A program made the position numbers and the translations under genes. The notes beneath the pieces were generated by a model that was not told the origin of the DNA, did no database searches, and worked only from the letters and a program-made list of their open reading frames with translations. This document shows, in pieces, positions 32,962 through 46,600 of a stretch of DNA of 64,000 nt. The stretch's first letter is position 1; every line of letters starts with the position of its first letter. This DNA is from Balanoglossus misakiensis (Eukaryota > Animalia > Hemichordata), in assembly GCA_040954595.2 (NCBI GenBank), contig CM082576.2, forward strand, positions 1,710,760 to 1,774,759, read 5' to 3'.

Positions 32962-33763
32962 GGCAATGGGTACATTGGGGTTTGGTTTGAGTGCACTTGT
33001 TTGGGTGTATATAACTCTGGGTCTTCTGGAAGAATATATATCTTCCGGGTCAAAGGTCAAACTCAAAGACGGAAAATATTGTCTTTTCCGGCGGTCCGCG
33101 TTAAAATGGTGGAGATAACGTTATTTGTTAGAAAAAATTGGGGTTGCATCGCAACATTGTCATTAGGTATGATCATGATCCTACACGTTTTGTGAGTGTC
33201 CCAAATATTCTTGTAAAAGTGTGTTAAACATGGTAATGATCAAACTTCAAAGACGTCGGAATCACTGAATGAGATAGCCTGATTCAATGAGCTGTCAAGC
33301 TATCGCAGCTCAGTTAGTATGATTCCCGACCCTGTGCCTGGTATAAATGAATGTATGCGCGGGGAGGGGGGGGGCAAAGCCCGCAATACTAGGCAAAACC
33401 TCGAGGTACAATAATGCAGCTACGGTCTGGCGATGACCAATGTCCGGGATGGGGGATAGACTTGCGTACAGGTCTGCATGATCATGATGATGCTCCCAGC
33501 GACGCGTGCCGGGAGCACGCAGACCTGCAGTATCTGTACGCAGGGCTATGTCCGGGACCACAGTCTCGTGATGACTGTGTTTACACGGCGCTGGCCTAAT
33601 ACACAGCATGCACAGGGGTCGTGTAAACCAACAGTCATCACGCGACTGTGTCTGGGACGGCTATCCGCGCCTGCAGCTCTGACAGTGCAGTGCGTGACCC
33701 CTCACCTTTGCCTTTTGTGCTAAGCATTCACCAGATTCGTCGACAGACACGTTCACGTACAAA

Positions 33764-35988
33764 ATGGTCAAAATAAGGCATATTTTGATTCCTGTTGTCA
33801 TAGGTAAGCTGCAGGCCACTTTGTGATCCTTTGATTACTCACAATTTTGCAACCAACCTGCATTTTAACAAAGTATTAAACATTTGCCAGAAACTGTAAT
33901 GATGCATTACTGTTGTAGCCTAGTCCTAACCGTATTTTGTCCACTTTTTAGCGAACTATTACTGTTGTATCCTCTGTCTTTACAGGTGTTGGATACCTGT
34001 TGATGAGAAAATGGTTAGCAGGTGGTGTGTGCACCAGTCAAGCTAAATTGACTGGAAAAACAGTGATCATCACAGGAAGCAATACTGGTATTGGAAAAGA
34101 AACGGCCAAGGATTTAGCAGGAAGAGGTTGGCTGCTTTACAAACTTACTAGTCCCTGTGAAAGACCTTTGCGACTGAGCAAGAGGAGACTTACATAAAAA
34201 CAAAAGGAATTATAATGATTCTATTACACGTACTAATTACATGTAATTATGATGATTATAACGTTACCGAACAAAGACCATTATATGATAAGATATGTTA
34301 GTCCAATATATGAATATTTTTAGATTCATGGATCAGCATTTATATCCAGTCGTATGACAATGTCAACAGCCTTGTCAATACTTTTCTTACTTAGGTGCTA
34401 AAGTAATCCTGGCCTGTCGAGATATTCTTAAAGGAGAGAGAGCTGCCAGTGACATCATCAAACATACTGGTAATGATCAGGTTTTTGTAAGACAACTTGA
34501 TTTGGCCAATCTAAAATCAGTCAGAAGGTTTGCTCAAGGTATCATCGAGAAAGAAACCCATCTGGACATTTTGATAAATAATGCAGGTAATGTGTCATGT
34601 GTTATTTCCCTAGCCTAAATGCCCAGGATTTTTCCGAGGATACATTGATACATGCTCTTAGTCAAGCGATCTAATGATGTGATTCAGATCGACCGATGGG
34701 TTGTTTAGCAACAGCTGATTACATGTATTTCTGCCATGGCCTCGGCCCACCGTAATATGATAGATTCGATTATAGTACTGGTACTGTAGTGTCTTTTCAT
34801 CACAGGTATCATGGCGTGTCCACGCTGGACAACTGATGATGGTTTTGAAATGCAGTTTGGAGTCAATCACCTTGGACATTTCCTCCTGACTAATCTACTG
34901 TTGGATCTGATCAAAAAATCAACTCCATCTCGTATCATAAATGTGTCATCCGTGCTTCATGATAAGGGGAAAATTAACTTTGATGATATTAACTTGGAAA
35001 AAGAATATGAACCCTTTGAGTCATACGCACAAAGTAAACTGGCGAATGTACTTTTTACAAGGGAGCTCAGTAAAAGGCTTCAAGGTAAAATAGTTGTCTT
35101 GTTAGATGTGGATTAATCAATAGCTTTTCTCTCTAACATGTGCTAGTATGTAGTGTTCAATTTTACTGAGATCTTCAATAATGGATACGTTGATTTGTAC
35201 ATTTATATTGGAATGTAAATTCATTTCCATTGGCATATTTTTCAATATCATTTTGCACTTTGCAATTGTGAGAAGCAAAGTAATTGCAAATTTGTTAATA
35301 TTTGAATTTTTGGAGATGGAAATGACTGGGAATTTAGCGATTCTCGAGGTTTAACATTTCTAGTTCAATATTGTCACATTAAAAACATTTTTCTTCTGAA
35401 CATTTTTATTCAACAGACACTGGTGTTACAGCCAATGCATTACATCCTGGCGTCATAAAAACAGAATTACCACGTCATACACACTTAACCGTGTCTTGGC
35501 TGAGAAATAAACTTTTTAAATTAGGGGCATTGTTGATTTTCAAGACACCTGAACAGGGAGCTCAGACCACAATATGCCTTGCTGTAGATGAGACTTTAGC
35601 TATAACCAGTGGACTTTATTTCAGGTAAAGTAGTAATTGAAATGAAATAAATGTGTTGCCCATAGACAAACCACTGGCAAAAAAATACTGACTCAACAGT
35701 TTTCTTTCACATTTGCCTAAATTCACGCCCTTGTATTTAAAAAAAAAAAGTGTGATGACCCTGATATAATTTCATTATGCTTACAAAGGGGAAACCAAAA
35801 ATCCACAATTAAAAGAAATGACAATACTTTCAATTTTACTGATCTTACATCCTTATCTGACGTTTGTGTTTTTATATGTTTCTGACAGTGATTGTGTTCC
35901 AAAGGAACCTGCTCCACAAGCCCAAGATGATGAAGTTGCCAAAAGACTCTGGGATCTCAGTGCAAAAATGGTTGGATTAGAAGAATGA
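33764..35988 (+). CDS. retinol dehydrogenase-like short-chain dehydrogenase/reductase (RDH11/12/13/14 family), 6 exons, 319 aa
   Basis: Exons: 33764-33803, 33986-34126, 34395-34586, 34806-35084, 35417-35624, 35889-35988; total 960 nt. Hydrophobic N-terminus, [31 protein letters not shown], catalytic [16 protein letters not shown] and C-terminal AKRLWDLS. Confidence 0.93.
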
Positions 35989-36271
35989 GTATGCTTCTAA
36001 CACAATAGCAGTGTTGTCTATTGTACATCAACAGTTGACTTCTCAGAAACCACTGGTCATACAGCTTTTGATGTTCAAGTCCCTTTTGGGTGATTAAGTC
36101 ATGTTTGTTAAAACTTCGGATAAAATCTGCAATATTGTATTTTAGGAACAAAATTTACTATTTTCGGTCAAAATTCTTAGAGTACATTTGACCGATTGCT
36201 TTCAAATTCAGTATGCGGGTCTTTTGAGGTGATCGAGTCAGATTTGTTAAAATAGTGATAAAATGGTCTCA

Positions 36272-36453
36272 TTAAAGGTATACGGTCACCTCCAATTTAC
36301 ATATCGCCATATATAGTTGAAATGGCGTATTTGAGTGTTCTAAAGAACACTTTATTTTCGCGTGTGCCACCCACTGAAAATCTGTGATTGGTTAGATCTC
36401 GATTTACCATGGTAACTGTGGCTAAATTTGTATAGGTGACCGTATACCTTTAA
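36272..36453. mobile_element. 174-bp MITE with 16-bp perfect TIRs and TTAA TSD (Kolobok-like AG..CT ends)
   Basis: TTAA-AGGTATACGGTCACCT ... AGGTGACCGTATACCT-TTAA. Confidence 0.85.
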
Positions 36454-39400
36454 ATAAACCTCAGTTATTTTTGTTACTTTTCGAGTCATATTTTTTGCAG
36501 AAGCTATTTGGCCCATGCATTTAGAATCTCAGTTGCATATTTTTCTCATCTTTTTTTGAAATTTATAACAAATTACCTAAAAAAGAAGCTTGGCCAATTT
36601 ATCACTGGAGTGATATTTTATACAAAGATTTCTTACAAACACTTTCTATGTTTTATCAGTTACAGAGAGAGGATCTCGGACTCTATCTTGTCAGCAGCTA
36701 TTCATTAGTGATGTAATGTTTCCAGACACCTTGCTGCGTGCATTGTTGTTTTTGCCTATAGATTTTTCTGCCAATTCATGTTTACAACTGTAAAGGTAAA
36801 TTTAGGAACATCAAATACGTGTCTTTGACTTTATCTCTGGCCTTTGCATAGATTTTTATGACACAACAATTGTGAACAAGTCTGGCAAATTTTATAAGAT
36901 ACATGTACTCATTCCACAGCTGTGTGGTACACTCAATCATTCAGCATTTGGTTAGAAATAACAAATTTATTTAACTACAACCCAATTCCAACATTCACTG
37001 TAATATCACACAATAATTCACACTTTAAAAAAATGGTTGTTGAAATGAATGTCTCCAGTTGATGGGTTGTTCACACAAATCTTCAGTAGAAAGATGATAT
37101 CTGGATGTCGGCAAGCAGGAATACACACACAATGCATCACACACCATTTCAACTCCATTTTATCTATCAGTGTTTACCTGAAAATTTACACAAATGTTTA
37201 ACAATTATGATCAGAAATTCAATGAAATTTCAGAGTTAAAATGAAAACACTGTCCTTGTACCAAGTTTGAATGAATTCGGTCCAGGCAAGTCTGAGCAAT
37301 GGCTCCATTTCTTCCCCTGGACTTCAAAAGTGGAGACTAAAAGTGGAGTTCAAGTACCACAAGCAGAGTGACAGTACTGCCACAAGAACACTGAATAACA
37401 CTAGCCTTTATTAAATGGTGGCAGGTGCATATATCACTTACCAGCATCAATCCCTGCCTGGTCCCTTTTGGCTTTCACTGTTAAACAAAAAAATACATGG
37501 ACAAAACTCATGAAATTGAAATATTAAAATAAAACAAATCTTCTGAGGTTGCATGCACAAACAATATACAAATGTATAAGAAATGCCCAAGAAAAACAAT
37601 GTTCCAATACAAAAGAAATGATTGTGATGACAAAGGGAGAATGAAATTTTCATATTATTTATGTATATTCTTTCAACAGGGACTCTCCAATAAAAATATG
37701 TGTTACAGGCAACAGCAATGTAATCAGTAGAACATATGCAATACCAATACATGTAATACCAGTAAAGCAACACGCATGAAATAGATCGTTTCAATAGCTA
37801 ACATTTATACTTACTTCCACCTAAAGTGACTTTGAACATGAGATAGCCAGTGACTGCCAATGAAATACCCAGGTCTATTCGCAAGGCCTTTACATATGGT
37901 CTTATTGAAGCTAGCCTCCTAAAACTGTAGAAGTTCTCCACTGGTTGATTCATTGTGCTTCCTTAGCTTTCTCTGTCAAGACAAGAAATTTGTGGAATGC
38001 TTTACTAATGCCACAATTACAAATGATTTCACAAACTTGGTAAGACCATGGAGGTACTTAGTACCGCTTTTGCTGGGGGGGGGGGGGGGGGGGGGGCAGT
38101 GACTTTTGACAAACTCCAAAGCAAAGCCATCGACCCCTTCCCCGCCTGGAGAAACTCCCTAAACATTGTTAGGAAACCCATAGCGATTCTCAATTGTACA
38201 TGTTTGTGGCACCATGGACATGTGGCACAGACCCACATGACTTGTCCAAGTGAGTTCAAACCCAACAACCATGTCGGTGACTACGTGCGCTGCGCGTACA
38301 CCAAATATTGACCAAAAATGAGTCGGCGACATTCGCGTGCAGAGTCCTGACACCAAACGTCGCAATCAACCCATTTGGTACCGTGTCAAAGCGGCACAAG
38401 GCTTCTTACAGAATTTAGACGCTCAAATACAACCTTTCTCTCAAAACTCACCAATAAATATTCTCTACGACCGGCGGCTGCGGTGATGATAACTCGGCCA
38501 AAGCAAAATGGCCGACAGTGCAATCTCGCGAGATTATATTGTTACACATTACACCGTTGATGGCGCAAAACCATGACTCCGGCACAGTCAGCTCCGTATC
38601 CTTGGCTGCCAATATCTCAAAATTATGTGCCCATTTAAAAATGTTTTTATGTTATTTAGTACTAATTAAACACTATGAAACTTTCGTGACACTACAGCTT
38701 AAAAATGACACTGATATATGTCTCATAGAATTAATATCTGCATCACATTCCATCAAAGTACAAAATGTATGTGTATATAGTGAAGTAGTTCATTTGAAAA
38801 AGCAATTTGAATATTAGTAGTAGAGAAACTAGCAAAGCATATATGTTATCGATATCACTGCAGAATCCATTATTCATAACATGTATTGTGTTGGTGTCTG
38901 GTTATGTTGCATCTCTGCTTGACCTGTACAAGTCAACTTGCATACTAATATAAATTGTAATATGTTGCATGTATATTGAAATGCATGACACTTCAGAAGC
39001 AATTCATTTCTATTAAAATTTCCATTTTATTTGACACCCCAGCAGGGACAATATCTTATCATTCCTAGATGGAACAGCTGATATAACTATCCACTTTTTA
39101 ATTTGTGGAACAAACTAAATCTCAAAACCTACAAACGCATGTAAATGATTTTAAACATACATGTACACAACATCTTCTTGTGGCTTGTTCAAAAATAAAA
39201 TTTTACCCCACAAACATAAACTAGAATGAAAGAAGATAAACATCAAAATACAAATTCATTTATCATATTAATATGTCACTTCAACTTGCATTTACCAGCG
39301 AGTGTCTTTCAATGACCGAAACAGAATCTCAAATGCCAGGATTTTCCTTCAGTCATATAATTATTTTGATCATAAAGGTTATAAGTATCCATTTTGTATC

Positions 39401-39521
39401 TGATCTTATTGCACAGTACAGATAAAACAAGCTTTAACATTTTATGTATTAACAGGAGGCTATTTAAAGCAAAAATGTATTGTTGACCAGTAAGTTTTAT
39501 TTTATTTAGATTGCAATTCTG

Positions 39522-39585
39522 TTAACCCTTTCACCACCATGGTTCAGTCCTAACCCATAATTTTAGGTAAAAAGTAGAACTGTAA
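39522..39585. mobile_element. partial copy of the TTAA-CCCTTTCACC MITE family
   Basis: TTAACCCTTTCACCACCATGGTTCAGTCC is the reverse complement of the end at 62856-62884. Confidence 0.6.
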
Positions 39586-40625
39586 CGTCACCGTAGCTCC
39601 TTCAGTGGAGACAAGGATAGAGAACAAAATATTTCAGGGATGTGAGCTAATTATATGGGGGGGGGGGGGGTGTAATAAATCCAAAGGAGAGGAAAAAGTA
39701 TTTGCAAGAGGTAAAACTATGTCTGTGGAATTATGTCATACACTTTTCAAGGACAATCAACTTGAGCAAACAATTGTTTCAAGTCAATTTTGTTTTCTCA
39801 TTATATTTTCAAATCTCTGTGCTGTTTTAGTATAGAATAAAATCCTTTTAAAAATAGAAATTATATTTACATAATCATGTTTACTAAATTATTTCTTATG
39901 GCGAACATTTCTGTTGTCAAAAACAAGGTACCATATAATAACAATCATAACTGTTATACTGGCCTGTCTGATTTCCACCAGCTTTCCCAATTTATTTCGT
40001 GAGATTTCACTTCAAAAAGCACCACTATTAAAGTAAATTGAAAAAAACTTAAATTGCCATGTCAAAATAGCTATTCTCTGGAAGAATTTCATAATCATAC
40101 ATAAGGGTGTTTGATTTCTGCCATACACAGCCTGACATACCATGATGTTGGTTGGCTTTGGCATATTTTTATAGCCATCATGACAATGTTTTTCAAATAC
40201 ATGAGAAAGGGTAAATTCCGGTAGTTCCAAAATAGACAAGATAGTTATATGTATATTATAATTATAATAACAAATTCTGTGAGTTCCCCCTGGCAAATAT
40301 ACATAAATCAAATGGGGTTAAAAATGGGCGAATATTGCAAAATTGCACACTGGCAAGAACACACCTTGACAATCACATTTAATTGACACAACACTGGTCA
40401 TGTCTCATAGGTTTGTTCAACATTTGTCCCATAGAAGTTTCAATTTTATCTATTATTAGTAGCCAGTGTGTACAGAGTTAAAAGAACACAACTCTGATGC
40501 GATGCAATCATGAGTGTAAACCTGTGACTGGTGGTAACTGCTTGGTCTGATATGAATGACTTTACATAAATTCAGATTGAGGAAGCTTTGAATATATAAA
40601 TGAGTTTTCACTGTATGAAATATTG

Positions 40626-43600
40626 CTACTGTTGCAAGATTTCCTTCAAGGCATTGCCACTAGACACTGGTGTAGAGGCTCTAGAGCTTGCAACGCTACC
40701 ACTACCACTGCCCTCAACCACTGGCATTGGAGTAAACCTTGGCAGAGTTGCTTGCACTGGCTTCATCAGGATATGAGCAGCTGTATCACCACCTTGCCTG
40801 GCATCTGTCATTGGTGACATGGGGCTTATAGGTGGAGCAGTGAATGGATTGAAGGATGGTCTCGTTGATTTAGGAGTGTCCTTCATTATCTCATCTACTG
40901 GCATCTTAACCAAGGCATTGGGTGTGGATTCATATTCCAGGAAATGCACAAACGATGTTGTGAAAGACTGTAAATAGAACACAGACAATACAACAAATAT
41001 TATCAGTGAAAAAACAGCATCAATGACACTAAGCTTCATTCAACAGCAGAAAAATATGAAAAGATACTAAAAACATATGAAAGAGAGGACTACGCAAAAC
41101 TGATGATTATTCAATAAGAACACAGCTTGTAATAATACTACCATCATATGACACGAATTAGGCTGACTTGTATATCCATTAATTTTTCAACAATTTTTCT
41201 TACCTCATCAGAAGTCTTTGTTGGAGTAGAAGGGGGAGTAGGATTTGGTGATCTCAGCCATCCGGGTATCCAAGTGCTGGCTGGGTGAACCAACCCAACC
41301 TGAATATAACAGAAACACTATATGAAGGACATCCTCAAAATACATAAAGCATGAACACAAATTTAAAGTCAGAGCTTGCCTTGAATCAACATCTGGAAAC
41401 AGCTAGAAATGAAAATGATGAGGCCACATTACACCAGACACATAAATGGCCAACACTATCACTTTGTTTACCTTTTCCATATCTCCAGGTGAGAAATTTA
41501 AGACACGACTAATCAGTCTCAGGACTTCTGCCTGCTTGCCCTTTGGTGAACTAAAATAACCCACAAACAAATTCTTCACCAGTGGCCTGCAACAGACATG
41601 GAGAAAAAGAGTTCTGATCAATATTTTCGAATAAAATAATTCCTGGGCCATTGATGATAAAATGGCAAGAACCTGAAAGGAACAAAGGTTTTCACTTTTC
41701 ACATAATTTTGACTATTTTGCTTTCTCTTGATATAGTCCATGTTGTTCTGCTCACTGAAATATGCTCAACGATCGGTTGTGTCAGAGCTAAACTCGCATC
41801 CTGTACATGGACAACATGAATATTCAGTTCTAATACATCATTGTTACCTTATGAAGTGTCTGTACTTACTTGTCAACTTTACTACCGCCATTTTCTGTTA
41901 CATCCCGAAGTTTGGCTAGGACCTCATTAATTTCTTCCTCTTTCTTGAACACTATAAGGGATGGATATAAAAGGGATGGGCGCAGTTATTCCTTGAAAAA
42001 CACTTGGAGATTACAAAAACTATTACAGTCATGGAACCCACATAGTCTTGTTCAGTAGATAACCAGTGTGTGTTGTCCTAATAGGCCAAGGAACCAGTGT
42101 AATACCTTTCCAGTACACACCCAATACAAAACCACAAACTTTTCTGAAAGGTTTTAAATACCTTCATCTTTGAGTTTTCTAATGGTGTTATCTTTTTTAT
42201 CCATCTGTTCTGTCAGTCTTGATGCACTGTCTAATGCCTCTGTAGCAGCTGTCAACCGTGTCTGAAATAAAAGTTAGATCAACTCTATGACTACATGTAT
42301 ATTTCTTATGATAAAACTGTATAAGACGCATCTGCCATAAAAGAAACATAAACTGTAACTTGAAGTGAGCACTGACATTCCCACTGCACCCCAATGATAT
42401 CATGAGCAATATATTTTCAAAAATCAAGCTTACCTGGAGGTCTGTATTCTGTTTTTGTAGAGCATCAGCCTTTCCTTTATTTTCCCTGGCATCACGTTGG
42501 TATCTTTCCATCTCAGTGACATACATCGTTTCAGTCTCTGCAGGAATAACAAAGAAATATCCTATCATTTCCAGGCCTAACAAAATTGGAGGGGTGGGGG
42601 GGGGGGGGGGTGTTTATAATATTATTTGTAAAGTTGTGGGTTATTTTCCAGTCTCACCTTGTTGAAATTGTTCCAATACTGCCTGTAAATTTGCGAGTTG
42701 TGCAGCATATTGCTGAGTCTGTTCCTGTGCAGCAGCTGACTGCATTACAGCTTGGTCTCGTTGTGATGCCAATGCATGTAACTCCTCTTGTAGACTTTCC
42801 ACTTGTTTACTGACTTGCTGACTGTATTCACATAGAAAATAAACATAAGACATGATTAATTTGTGTATACTATACCATATTGAAATGAAATAAGCACTAA
42901 AGCAATTTATTTCATTTATTAGATGTCATCAATTGATATAATTGGTAGAAATTCATACTTGGCACTCTGTACAGCTGTGTTATAAGCCTTCTCTTCTGCA
43001 GCTACTAATTTATTTCTCAGCTCTTTTTCTCGGTCTTCAGACAGCAATGCTTCCTTGGTGTAACTTTCTTCAATTTGCAATAAATGATGCCTCAGTCTTT
43101 CTACTTCCCGACTAAGTTTCTGCTCCTTCTCCAACAGTTTCTGTACCTGTCATTAACCACAAATAAAAGAAAGATTACAAAACTGTAAGTGATGAAAACT
43201 TATTACAGTGAGACAGATATTCTGCAAGTGATGACTATTCCACAGAGATGAAAATGGAACTTCCATTGAGAAATACAATCTATTTTTATGGTGCAGTTTT
43301 TCTAACGAAGACAGTAACAACTCTCAAACTGTTGTTACTTTTTGTGTAAACAGACATACAAGACACTGTAGTTTTGTTCACCATAATACTTTTCATCCCT
43401 CAACTTTGCTGATTACAAATGCCATAAGATTCCAAATGTCTTTAATCTCACCTCTTGTTGTAAAGAGTCAACTTCCAAATGTTTTTGATTATAAGCCATA
43501 ATTGCTTGGTCTCTCTCCTGCTGGAACAGTATTGCTTGTTGTTGCATGGCTTGAGTTTGTTGCAAGACACGTTGCATCTCTCCCTGCTTCCCTTCTTCTT

Positions 43601-46600
43601 TTTCCTGCACCAGACTTGTCAGTGTTTGTGACCTCTCTCTCAAAGCACTTATTTCAAAATCCTTCTCTTGGATAGCCGAGGACAGTCTACTGACAGTTTC
43701 TTGAAGTTGTTGCATTTCTTGCATTCTTTGATGGAAGTTTTGGTCCTGTTCCTGTTGTCGCTTTTTAAGTTCATTGATTTCACTTTCCATTCCACGAACC
43801 TGTAGAAGCCAGCTTTCATTTTGCTGTTTAAGTTGGACAGTTTCTCTTTCCTTCATTCTCATTTGATCATGAGTCCTACTCAATTCATCAACTTTACTTC
43901 GCACAAGGCCATCTTTTTCTTGTAATATACTATTCTGTCTTTCTATATGTTCTTTAAGATTTACTATTTCTTGTCTGTTGTTTTTTAAAAAGTCCTCACT
44001 TTCAGAATTTTTCTGTTCATGAGCCTCAACTTGCATTTTCAAGATTTTCACTTCCTCTGCTCGATCTTTGATCACACCATCTTTCTCTTTTATTTTCTTA
44101 TTTTGTAAATCAATTTGAGTCTTCAGCGATGTAACTTCTTCAGTTCTAGTTTTCAGAATGCTATCCTTTTCGCTGATTTCATCCATTTTGTGTCTCACTG
44201 TCCGTTCTTTCTCTTGTAGATTCCTGGCACTTTGTGATAGAGTTTGCTTTAATGACAAATTTTCATCTGTGTATTTCTTCAACAAATCATCCTTATTTTG
44301 TATATTTTTGCTTTGGAACTCCATTTGTTTTCTGAGGGATGTTATTTCAGCTTTTTTGGCTTCTAACACCATGTCATCCACCATGGCATTCTCACTGCTG
44401 CCCTGTATGCTTTCCCTCTCTGTCCTTAGATTGACTTCCACCTGATTCACCAACCTTTTCTGTTCCTCTTCTAAGTGTCTGATAGTTTCTTCCTTTTCTT
44501 CAAGGAGTTGTTGGTAATGTTCTTTGGCTGATTTTTCAATCTCAATTTCATCAGCCTTGGTAAGAAGCTCTTCTCTTGTGGCCTCCAATCTTGTCAAACT
44601 CTCTTGCATTTCTTGTAGTTTCTTTTTCAGATTCTTCAAAGTATTTTCCTTATCTTCAAGTATCTTCACAAGTTTCTCATAAGATTCCTGCAATTCTAAA
44701 TACTTGTTTTCCTGAGTTTGGAAGTCATTATTTAACTGATTGTATTGTTCCTGCAAAGCGTCATATTTTTCTCTCATCTGGTTCTCAACTGGACCATCAA
44801 TTGTAGTGTGCCCTGAATGTTGCTCTCTATTCTGGCCAGCTACTGCTTCATTGTATTTCTCTTGCAGTTCTTTATACTGATCTCCGATTTCTGTCATCAG
44901 ACCAAGCAATCTTTGTACTTCTTCATAGTAGCCGACACTTTCTTGGTGTTTTTGAGTCAGGCTGACAATCAGCTGATCACGTTCCGCCTGCAGCATTGTA
45001 TTCTGTTTCTGCATCTCTGCACTGGAATGTAGAATGCCGTCGATGTTAGGGCTTTCACCCGGCTGCATTTGCTGCAACACTGTCAACAATGATTCCATCT
45101 TCTGCTGTTGCGCTTCTATTTCCAGATCTTTGTCATGGATGATCCTTGCAAGTTTCTGCAATGCTTCCTTGTGCATGTCATTATTAGGGCTCTCCATCTT
45201 CTTGCTCAATTCCACGTTGTCTTCCTGCAGTTTATTGAGTGCAGCACTACCTTCAGATACCGCTTTCATTAATCGATGTACTTCGTTCTTCAGATTGCTA
45301 CATTCTCTTGTCTTCTCATTAAGAACACTCATCATTTGATTCCTTTCTGCCTCCACTGTCTTCATCTTCACTTCTAGTTGATGCATATTAACTGATGGGC
45401 GAGTTTGTTCCGATGGAGAGTTCCCCTGTAAAAGATTTGTCAGGGACATATTCTGCTCCTTCAAAGTGGCCATTTCTTCATCCTTCTTGCTGAGCAGCTG
45501 CTCATATTTCTCTTTCTCTTCATCAGACATTTTCTCCTGGACTTCTGACCTCTGACCCTGCATCTCTGTTTCATCTTGTAACACAGCCTCCACACCCCTG
45601 GAGTCTAGTTCTTCACTCAGTTTTTGAACTTTCTCATTTAGTTTATGAATTTCTTCATCTTTGCTGGCACCCTCATCTTGTAAGGTAGCAATCGTATCCT
45701 GTTGTTTTGACACAAGTCCACTGTTATCCCTCAGCTGCAGAGACTGTTGTTGGTTTTCCTTATTCAATTCTTCAATTCTATGGCTCTGTTCTATGCATTG
45801 TTCATTCAGGTCCTCAATTTCAGCATCTTTTGATGTTACAGCATTCTCTTTGGCTTCAATCTCCTTCTTAAGTTCATTAATTTCAGATTCTAAATCAGTG
45901 ATGATTTCTAGAGTTCGTGTCTCAGGCGAGTCTGATTGACTCTCTTCTTTCAAATTCGTTAGTTCTTCATTGAGGATTTCACATTTCTCTTTATACTGCT
46001 CCAGCTTCACCTCAGTATCCTTCAATTTCTGCAGAACTTCTTCAAGATGTGATAACCTTTCTTTGTTATCTTCCACAAGATTCTGATAGAAGGCACTTTC
46101 TTCAGCTAGAGTTTTGATATCTTCCTCTTTCTCTCTCAACATTTCAGTCAATTGTTGTTGGTTCTCAAGTGTTGAACTAAGAGCATCCTTCGTTTCTTGA
46201 GCATCTAGTTCTAATTCTTCAAATCTTGTTTTAAGTTCATCAATCTCGGACATGCTATCTTCAATTAGATTCTGACTGTGAGATGACATCTCTGGGTTAA
46301 CCTTCAGTTGTTCTATGGTATCTTCATATTCTTTTGCTTGTTGTTTCAGTCTTGTCTCACTTAGTTTCAGTTCAGCAGTCAGAAAGTCGTTCTCTTTTTT
46401 CAACATGACCATTTGATCTTGCATGTCAGTGATGGTTTCTTCCATACCTTGAACTTCCTGCGTAAACTTCTCCATAATATCTTCATTTTCACCTGATGTT
46501 GATTCTCGTTCCCTGACCAGATTAAGCATCTTAGTTTCCATGGCTTCCAGATGGTCATTCAGTTCATTAAGTTGTTCATCTTTTTCAGCATTAGCAATCA

